A DNA stretch of 40,179 nucleotides from Actinomycetota bacterium. GTDB lineage: Bacteria; Actinomycetota; Acidimicrobiia; IMCC26256. Position 1 is the stretch's first letter, and the number at the start of each line of letters is the position of its first letter. Shown in pieces: positions 9,786 through 16,457 of the stretch. A model generated the notes under the pieces. It saw only the letters and a program-made list of their open reading frames with translations, searched no databases and was not told the origin of the DNA. A program made the position numbers and the translations under genes. Location of the stretch: NCBI GenBank assembly GCA_009702955.1, contig WLHA01000001.1, positions 1 to 40,179 of the forward strand, given 5' to 3'.

Positions 9786-9843
9786 TTCGTCCTTTGGTGC
9801 TGCGATTCCGGTAGGCGGATTGGTTCTGGGCTAATTTCACGCC

Positions 9844-10218
9844 ATGGCTGACACAAAACCCACAATCACAATCCCTGACTCCGCACCACCAGCAGAGCTG
9901 GTTTTAGAGGACCTAGAGCTAGGAACTGGTGACGAGGCCGTATCCGGTACCTTCGTCAGCGTTCACTATGTAGGGGTCTCCTGGAGCACAGGCAAGCAGT
10001 TCGACGCTTCGTGGGACAGGAATGACTTCTTCGGATTCCACCTCGGTCGTGGAGAGGTCATCTCGGGCTGGGACCAAGGGGTTGCCGGCATGAAGGTTGG
10101 CGGCCGACGAAGCATCACAATTCCGCCGCACCTTGGTTATGGTTCAGCCGGTGCCGGAGGGGTCATTAAGGGCGGCGAGACGCTTGTCTTCGTAGTCGAC
10201 CTCATCTCTGTGGGGTAG
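9844..10218 (+). CDS. FKBP-type peptidyl-prolyl cis-trans isomerase
   Basis: VHYVGV...GKQFDASWDR, VISGWDQGVAGMKVGGRR.ITIPPHLGYG, TLVFVVDL. Confidence 0.96.
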   Translation: MADTKPTITIPDSAPPAELVLEDLELGTGDEAVSGTFVSVHYVGVSWSTGKQFDASWDRNDFFGFHLGRGEVISGWDQGVAGMKVGGRRSITIPPHLGYGSAGAGGVIKGGETLVFVVDLISVG

Positions 10219-10236
10219 CGAGTACTCTCCACAGAG
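10206..10236. terminator. Possible terminator hairpin between convergent FKBP and GNAT genes
   Basis: CTCTGTGGGG (10206-10215) pairs with CTCCACAGAG (10227-10236); a second imperfect hairpin spans 10241-10301; no clear U-tract. Confidence 0.35.
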
Positions 10237-10347
10237 TTACATAACGAAGATTATGGGCGTTTGCCGTATATCGGGAGCACCTAGATATAGCGCCTCGTTA
10301 TTGGGCTTTGATGCCTGTTCTCTAGTTGCCTGTGGTTCTTAGGCGTC

Positions 10348-10812
10348 TTATAGAGGCTTGTGCATCTTGAGCATGCGAGCCGTGAAGCCTTGCTCCTCAA
10401 AGAAGTTCTTGGTTTGACGATGGCCCGGCAGAGCCCTTGCGTCTATGCCGACGCATCCGTTCTCGATGCAGAACTCTGAAAGGGAGCCCAAGATTGACTC
10501 TCCGAGCCCAATCGCTCTGGCCTCGGGCTCAACCCATATCTCAGTGATGTCTCCTAGCAAAGAGCCGTCGCTCAAGCGCTCGAGTACCGCTACACCGAAC
10601 CCCATAGGAGCGCCGTCTAGGAGCCCGATAAGGACACATGCGCTCTGAGACCTAATGAGGTCGGCAAAGGCCTCATTAAGTGGCTCCCTGCGTGATTCCT
10701 GCGCTGCCCAGAGGGCGCCACCCCTCATCGGTGTTAACTCCAGAGCAAGCTGTGCTGCAAAACCACTGAGGGTTTCAATATCTGCCGTTGTTGCGCTGCG
10801 TACGGACTCCAC
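10348..10812 (-). CDS. GNAT family N-acetyltransferase
   Basis: VRSAT.AD start, IWVEPEARAIGLGE acetyl-CoA motif A, KNFFEEQGF motif B. Confidence 0.9.
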   Translation of the reverse strand: MESVRSATTADIETLSGFAAQLALELTPMRGGALWAAQESRREPLNEAFADLIRSQSACVLIGLLDGAPMGFGVAVLERLSDGSLLGDITEIWVEPEARAIGLGESILGSLSEFCIENGCVGIDARALPGHRQTKNFFEEQGFTARMLKMHKPL

Positions 10813-10823
10813 TGTTGCGGGCT

Positions 10824-11468
10824 CTACTTAGTCCGCAGAATGGCAATTTTCCCGAGAACAGTTCGCCTGGCACGTGTTGCGCGTTCGTAGTTCTCTACAT
10901 CGTTTAGCTCCGCCCGGTTGAGCCCCTCGAGCCGCTCAATTATCTGGCTCGCCGCTAAACCGTCGTAATCCGGGATGGAGAGAATCACCGGTGCAATGGT
11001 GGTTGAATCGCTCTCCGGAGAGTTTGGTCCGGTACTTGGGTCAGCGACCGTAGACATCGCGTGCTTCATGGGTTCGTCCGCCGGCACCTCTCTGCCCTTG
11101 GCCTCGAGGTCCTCTGTTGAGTGAGAGTCACTAGATGAACACATATCTGAGAAGTTCGTGTATGCCCTTGAGGATGTTGAGAATGACTCAAATGCTTCGA
11201 CGCTTCTAGCTCGCAGAGTGACCATCTGCTCGTTGACGCGCTGCTTCACTACCGGAGGACCAAATTTAACCGCCAGCTCACCAACCGCTTTGTAGTTCGC
11301 GATCTGGCCAACTACTTCGCGTTGATGAACATCAACTTCGCGCTTGCCTCGTCCGGCAAACATTGTTACAAGTGTGGGTACCGCATCTCTTGCGAATGCA
11401 GCTATCCCAACAGGAACATGTACTGCTAACTCAACTACTCGATCAACTGTGCTGCGTTCGTCACTCAC
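10824..11468 (-). CDS. Conserved hypothetical protein (amphipathic N-terminus, disordered linker, C-terminal IPDYD.L...YE....R module)
   Basis: GTG at 11468 preceded by GGAGGAG and overlapping the lnt stop; C-terminal IPDYDGLAASQIIERLEGL...EL..V..YE.....RRTVL seen in many actinobacterial hypothetical proteins. Confidence 0.7.
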   Translation of the reverse strand: MSDERSTVDRVVELAVHVPVGIAAFARDAVPTLVTMFAGRGKREVDVHQREVVGQIANYKAVGELAVKFGPPVVKQRVNEQMVTLRARSVEAFESFSTSSRAYTNFSDMCSSSDSHSTEDLEAKGREVPADEPMKHAMSTVADPSTGPNSPESDSTTIAPVILSIPDYDGLAASQIIERLEGLNRAELNDVENYERATRARRTVLGKIAILRTK

Positions 11469-13038
11469 TTGAGTCTCCTCCACTGGGCATCGTCTGGAGT
11501 CTACGGCGAAGGAACCCAAACGCCACAGCCGCAACCAGGATCAAGACTGAGACCTTCACAATTAACGGTCCATGCTTCACATACGGGGTCTCCCCTGCAC
11601 GAAGAGGAACGTTCGCCTCAAGAATCGCAGGCTTGAATAGCTCTGTTCTCTTCTCAATATGGCCAAGGGGGTCGATAATGGCTGAGATACCAGAGATTGA
11701 AGCCTGCACCAATGCCCGACCGGTCTCCGCTGCTCTCATCTGAGAAGACTGAACATGCTGTGCGCTGTTAGCGCTGCGGCGGTACGAACGATTATTAGTT
11801 GAGACGATTAGTGCATGTGCTCCGCCTCGGACCTGTCGTCGTGCGAGCTCGGGGAATACCGACTCGAAACAAATGAGGTTCCCAATCTTCTTGCCATCGA
11901 GATTAAGGACGCCAGAGTTTGAAGCATTGTTCTGCCCCGCTGTGAAGTCCTCTGGCACTTGTTCGATTGCAGATATGAAACTCAGTTCAGAGCGCCACGG
12001 CACATACTCTCCGAACGGCACAAGATGTGTTTTCGAGTAATTTGCTACTAGCGAACCATCGCCTGCATATAGGCGATTCGTGTTGTAGATCGCGCCATCT
12101 TGTTCGCGATTTATGGCATTGATCAGCACAAATGCATTGTGGCGCCTTCCAATCTCGACAATCTTTGACCTAAGCAGTGGGTCTGCCTCAGGGTCGCTCA
12201 TTAGTGCTGACTCTGGAAAGATAATGAGGTCGAAATTTCCTTTGAGTTGGCGCGCTAGTTGGAGGTGCTTCTCCGTGAGCACTTCGTTATAGACCTCATC
12301 TGAGGTCAACCGTCTGTTGCGATCGTTCCCCTGGATGGCGGCAATCTTTAAGCCTCCGATCACACGCGTTGTCGGAGGATTGAGCCCTGCAGCCAGGAAG
12401 ATCAAAACTAAGAGCGCTGCAATTGCTAGATGTATGCGGTGAGCTTGGCTGCGGTGAGCGCCACTCCCCTCCCCGCCTGCCCCTGCAACCCCACGCCTGC
12501 TGGCATTGAGTATTAGTTCAAGGAGCAGTGCCTGAAAGAGAACCACTACAAAGGTGACCCCTAGAGCGCCTGCCCAGCCGGCCAATCCGCGTGCTGGTGC
12601 GATTGGCGAGAATGCGGTTCCAACCTCTCCCCATGCGAGACCTCCTAACGGCCAGGTCCCACGCAGATACTCGCCAAGAGCCCATGCCGCAGCGACGATT
12701 AACGGCGATGCAACCCCGAGGCGACGTATCGCCGCTATAGCGGCTCCGACAGCGGCAATGTAGAGCGCTTGCGCCGCAATAAGCGGGAGAATCGCTACCG
12801 CACCGAAGTACCAGGTCCAGGAGAGAACAACTCCGAAGCAGATAATCCCGAAAACGAAGCCGCTCCATGCCGCGCGCCAAATGGTCGCTCTGCTCCAGAT
12901 CCATAGCAATGGCAATAGTGCGACAAGCGCAAGCGGCCACACCCCAAAAGGAGGGAAAGCGCACGCCATTAAGAGACCGGATAACGCCGATGCTCCAAAT
13001 GTAAGACGAGCGTTTGGTGCCTGCACAGACCCCTCCAT
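11461..13038 (-). CDS. lnt: Apolipoprotein N-acyltransferase
   Basis: Multiple TM segments plus nitrilase triad FPES, YSKTHLVPFGEYVP, ICFES; QH...SQMRAAETGR. Confidence 0.95.
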   Translation of the reverse strand: MEGSVQAPNARLTFGASALSGLLMACAFPPFGVWPLALVALLPLLWIWSRATIWRAAWSGFVFGIICFGVVLSWTWYFGAVAILPLIAAQALYIAAVGAAIAAIRRLGVASPLIVAAAWALGEYLRGTWPLGGLAWGEVGTAFSPIAPARGLAGWAGALGVTFVVVLFQALLLELILNASRRGVAGAGGEGSGAHRSQAHRIHLAIAALLVLIFLAAGLNPPTTRVIGGLKIAAIQGNDRNRRLTSDEVYNEVLTEKHLQLARQLKGNFDLIIFPESALMSDPEADPLLRSKIVEIGRRHNAFVLINAINREQDGAIYNTNRLYAGDGSLVANYSKTHLVPFGEYVPWRSELSFISAIEQVPEDFTAGQNNASNSGVLNLDGKKIGNLICFESVFPELARRQVRGGAHALIVSTNNRSYRRSANSAQHVQSSQMRAAETGRALVQASISGISAIIDPLGHIEKRTELFKPAILEANVPLRAGETPYVKHGPLIVKVSVLILVAAVAFGFLRRRLQTMPSGGDSSE

Positions 13039-13109
13039 CAGTGATGAATTGAGTACAAAAATTGCTGTTGCAAGGCTCTAGCTAGCAGTCACTTAATTGA
13101 TTACTAAAT

Positions 13110-13574
13110 TCAAGCGCAGTCTCTACAGCGTTCTTTCTGCCCAGGTGCGAGTTGACTAAGTGGCAGTACCAAGAAGCATGAGTCGCATAGGAACTCATCG
13201 TCTCCTCGAGGCTTCACCTTATTGGTGCCCTCAACTCGATCTGCTTCGCTCTCAGCATCCTCAAGGTCTTCGTCCTCGGGGCGATCGCTGGTGGTCTTCT
13301 CCTTCAAGAGAATATCTAGAGAGGCCTCAACATCGTCTGGGTGGAGTTCGTCCTCAAGAACAACAACTGTTTGATCGTCGTCGTCATCGAGATCGTCATC
13401 GGTCGAGATATCAGCGGGATTGTCGTCTACGCCTTCTACCGCCAACAGGTCATCGTCGAGAACTGAATCAATTAGCGGATCGGCCTCTTCATCGAGGTCG
13501 TCCTCAATCTCATCGCCCTCGAGATCATCATCGGTCTCAAGCTCATCTTCTGGATCTATTACGTCTTTAGGCAT
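13110..13574 (-). CDS. DUF4193-like protein: very acidic N-terminus and C-terminal 4-Cys zinc finger
   Basis: C-terminus V.PR.DDEFLCDSCFLV...SQLA......CRDCA; about 60 of 154 residues are D/E; start ATG 13574 or GTG 13580. Confidence 0.8.
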   Translation of the reverse strand: MPKDVIDPEDELETDDDLEGDEIEDDLDEEADPLIDSVLDDDLLAVEGVDDNPADISTDDDLDDDDDQTVVVLEDELHPDDVEASLDILLKEKTTSDRPEDEDLEDAESEADRVEGTNKVKPRGDDEFLCDSCFLVLPLSQLAPGQKERCRDCA

Positions 13575-13601
13575 GTTCACTTCCGGGGTGGAGGGGCGCG
13601 C

Positions 13602-13610
13602 AACATAACA
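13602..13610 (-). promoter_or_regulatory. Extended -10 element for the DUF4193-like gene
   Basis: Minus strand TGtTATGTT about 25 nt upstream of the start codon. Confidence 0.45.
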
Positions 13611-13698
13611 CGCAGAGCGAGCAGAATCGCGTAGGGCAGCCGAAATATGGCGGAAAACCTAAAATCGGCCTTGACCCGGGGTCAGTATTTCGCAGAGC

Positions 13699-13826
13699 CG
13701 AACGGGCTTGGCTTCGGGATTCAGACTCCTTTGGGGTCACTGCATTCACGTGTCGGCGTCTCCGTCGACGTGCATATGCCGCGTTCTCTGCTGGGTATCT
13801 GAATCCCGTTGCCTAAGCCTCGTTCG
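13699..13826 (-). ncRNA. Putative structured ncRNA, rod with central bubble (Ms1/6S-like candidate)
   Basis: ~25-bp closing stem including a perfect 11-bp CGGGATTCAGA/TCTGAATCCCG (13715-13725/13798-13808), 16/18-nt bubble, apical stem capped by a GAGA (GNRA) loop on the minus strand; lies in a 480-bp gap without a credible CDS. Confidence 0.6.
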
Positions 13827-14060
13827 ATCGAGCGCCGCCACAGCGAACTGGAGCTAGCCCCGATCGGGCCCTCGCTTACAAGTGCAAGCCGGTGCATTAG
13901 ACATCAGGCGTGGTCAATAATCAAGGCGGGGTGAGAATTATTTGAGGAGCAGTTTTAGAGGCGAGATTCGTTCGCGCTGAATGCTTTTAAATCGCGCTGT
14001 GAGTCGTCTTGGCGTCGCTGTGGCGTTGCCGATGTTGTTGGTGTGGCTGATGCTTGTTAG

Positions 14061-15662
14061 CTAGACACCGGTGGAGCGACGAGCTGCTGCAGCCCTCTCA
14101 GAGGCGAGCCTCTCAAGTTCGTATACGCCGTAATCCACATATGACATGGCGTCGGCAATCGCTGAGTGCCCCGCCTGCTCCTTAATGAGCCTGTGCATCT
14201 CTTGGACGACTGTCCGATATGCAGCATGACCCTGAGGTCCGCTGCGCAACTCGAGCATATGGAACGCTTCGCGAGCGTTGAATTGCATAACGAAACGAAT
14301 TCGATAAGCAAGCGAGACTGCGTACGAAGACTGTTCTGGGAATCTAAGCGCCATTGCTCCATGCAGCGCCGCTGACCTCTCCATTGCTTCAGTAAATTCG
14401 CGCTCAGCCCCGGCCTCTACAACAGCATCGGGTAGATCAAAGCCATGCAGCGGCGTTAGTGGCTGCCACTCGATGGTCAACATTCGGTGTCGCTGAAGAT
14501 CGCGAAATGCTCCGTAATCAGCGAGCACATCGAATCTGTAATCGGTTCGCTCGAGAGCGCGCCCTGGCTTGTGGCGGCGATTAGTTCGCTCCCCCACATA
14601 TGCGGCGAGCAGTTGACGCCGATCTTCAGCCCCGATGCTGCGCACTCGATGCATGACCTCATCCTCTGGAAGGTTTGAGACCGGGTAGAGGATCGCTGCA
14701 AGTACCTTGTCTTCGCCCTCAGGGTCGAAGTCGACCAGAGTTACTCCGGGGCGTTCCTCTGGCTCCATGCGACCGAGGATTCGGTTAGCGACGCTCTGGG
14801 TCTGCTCGCGTGTATCCATCAGGTATTGAGACCATGCTCCTCCCCTATCTGCGCGATCGACGCGAGTTAGGAAGGACGGCACGACTTTTCGTAGCTCTGT
14901 GAGCATCAGATCTGAGTACTCGCGTGCCTCCGGAAGCGGATGAGCTCGCATCCTCAATAGAAGCGATTCGTAGGCTTGGCCAGTTCCGTAGATTCCAACG
15001 TTGGAGAGAGTCCCTGCTGGGAGTATCCCTCGCACCGAGTCACAAGCCTTCGCCTTGATCGTCTGCTTGTAGACAAAATCAGGGTCACCCGGTTCTTTCG
15101 GGTAACGCTCACGAGCCCACTCCATCATTCTTGGGAGTAGTTGCTGATAGGTCGCGAATAAACGATCCATCTCGGCTACGTAGAGCGCTCCAAGGGGAGA
15201 CTCCAGTACCTCCGGAGGGCGTAGATAACGAAACCTTCCGCCGAGGCGAGAGTCGTATGGAATGTACCGAGTCGACTGCTCGAGGTACGCCATGAGTCTT
15301 CCCCACTCAAGAACTTTGGTGAGGATATTTGAGGCCTGCTCACAGGCGAGATGTACTCCACCTAATTGAGCTACAGAGTCGTCGCCATACTCAAGGAATA
15401 CTTTGTCGTATAAAGCCTCTGCGCGTTTTACCCCGACGCTCGCATCGACTGTGATGTCGCCGGAGAGATCAAGATCTACAGCGAACTCATCAAGGAATAG
15501 GCGCCTCAGGCTCTTCTCTGATCGCGAATAACGCGCGAACAATGCCCCCTTTACAACTTCTGGGAGATTAACGAGGGCGAAGACGGGTCCGTCGATATTC
15601 GTGAAGTAAGGGCGCAGGGCCGTTTCTTCATCTGAGGTGAATTGCTCTGCGACGTACTGCAT
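14061..15662 (-). CDS. thyX: FAD-dependent thymidylate synthase, long tandem-Thy1-domain form
   Basis: GALFARYSRS, YGDDSVAQLG, EQSTRY in the first half; FRDLQRHR and ELRS.PQGH..YR in the second half; 533 aa. Confidence 0.9.
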   Translation of the reverse strand: MQYVAEQFTSDEETALRPYFTNIDGPVFALVNLPEVVKGALFARYSRSEKSLRRLFLDEFAVDLDLSGDITVDASVGVKRAEALYDKVFLEYGDDSVAQLGGVHLACEQASNILTKVLEWGRLMAYLEQSTRYIPYDSRLGGRFRYLRPPEVLESPLGALYVAEMDRLFATYQQLLPRMMEWARERYPKEPGDPDFVYKQTIKAKACDSVRGILPAGTLSNVGIYGTGQAYESLLLRMRAHPLPEAREYSDLMLTELRKVVPSFLTRVDRADRGGAWSQYLMDTREQTQSVANRILGRMEPEERPGVTLVDFDPEGEDKVLAAILYPVSNLPEDEVMHRVRSIGAEDRRQLLAAYVGERTNRRHKPGRALERTDYRFDVLADYGAFRDLQRHRMLTIEWQPLTPLHGFDLPDAVVEAGAEREFTEAMERSAALHGAMALRFPEQSSYAVSLAYRIRFVMQFNAREAFHMLELRSGPQGHAAYRTVVQEMHRLIKEQAGHSAIADAMSYVDYGVYELERLASERAAAARRSTGV

Positions 15663-15761
15663 GGGCTGCGAATCGTACCGGGCTACTTGGAGGATGAATG
15701 GGAATGGACTCAGAAATTCGTAAAAAGATTCGTCACACTTAGAGAGGAGAAGCGGTTCGGC

Positions 15762-16457
15762 TCATAGGAGGAGCCGGGCTGCTGGACTCTGGACCTCGAA
15801 CTCGATCCGCCCAGTTCGCCCCGCTAACTCGGAGTCGGCCCTTATTGGCCAGGCTCCGCCCTTGACCTCGATGCGTATACGAGCCCCTGAGCCCGTTGCG
15901 ATCCGTGGATGTGGGAGGTGGCTTCCAGTAGCTAATCGGCGCCGCATTGCCGAGCGCTCGCCTGATTTGAGGCTATAGATATGAACCTCGAGGCGCCCGT
16001 CGCCGGGGTGGCTCCTCGGAATGAGGTCGGCTGCGCCAATGAATTGTCCATTCGCAACGACGACTCCACTCGCAACTCCGCTGAAGAATTTCCGGCCATT
16101 AATCGTGACCGAAATCTCCTTGCTTCTGCTTGTCGCCCGCAGCACTAGAGGAGAAACCCCCACCTCAACTGCATTCATAGCGAGATTGGTATTCCCCGCA
16201 AATCGGTACTCAATTGCGTCAATCGGCGCCGAGATTTTGCCTGTTGTACCGTCACTGCTCAGAGCAGATTCGCGAAACGATGCGAGCCCAACGGATTTCG
16301 CCAGATCTGATTCTGCGTTTGGTTCGAAGGAAATCAGAGGGTTCGGGTGTGGCCAAGATTTGAGCGACTGCGCTAAATCTGCATCGCTACCGACAACAAC
16401 CAAATCCGGTGCTGCGTCAGTTGGCGTACCCCACGAATCGCCGGGACGGATACTCAT
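15762..16457 (-). CDS. Diacylglycerol/lipid kinase family-like protein, truncated and degenerate catalytic domain
   Basis: C-terminal YegS/DAGK-type motifs VVVANGQFIG, P....GDGRLEV, IRADSE..G; GGDG appears only as VVVGSDADLA; ATG 16457 overlaps the helY stop. Confidence 0.7.
   Translation of the reverse strand: MSIRPGDSWGTPTDAAPDLVVVGSDADLAQSLKSWPHPNPLISFEPNAESDLAKSVGLASFRESALSSDGTTGKISAPIDAIEYRFAGNTNLAMNAVEVGVSPLVLRATSRSKEISVTINGRKFFSGVASGVVVANGQFIGAADLIPRSHPGDGRLEVHIYSLKSGERSAMRRRLATGSHLPHPRIATGSGARIRIEVKGGAWPIRADSELAGRTGRIEFEVQSPAARLLL

Noticed and set aside
10278-10293. NrdR-box-like sequence CACCTAGATATAGCGC
   Set aside because: Single copy between two convergent gene ends, not upstream of any gene
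13699-13826. Rod-shaped RNA considered as SRP (4.5S) RNA or a ydaO/c-di-AMP riboswitch
   Set aside because: No CAGG...GNRA...AGCA symmetric loop of SRP helix 8; only isolated words (CTGAATCC, TGGGGT) of the ydaO motif, in the wrong order
13884-13897. TGCAAGCCGGTGCA as a sigma54 -24/-12 promoter for the ncRNA
   Set aside because: Lacks the invariant GG and is one base short in spacing
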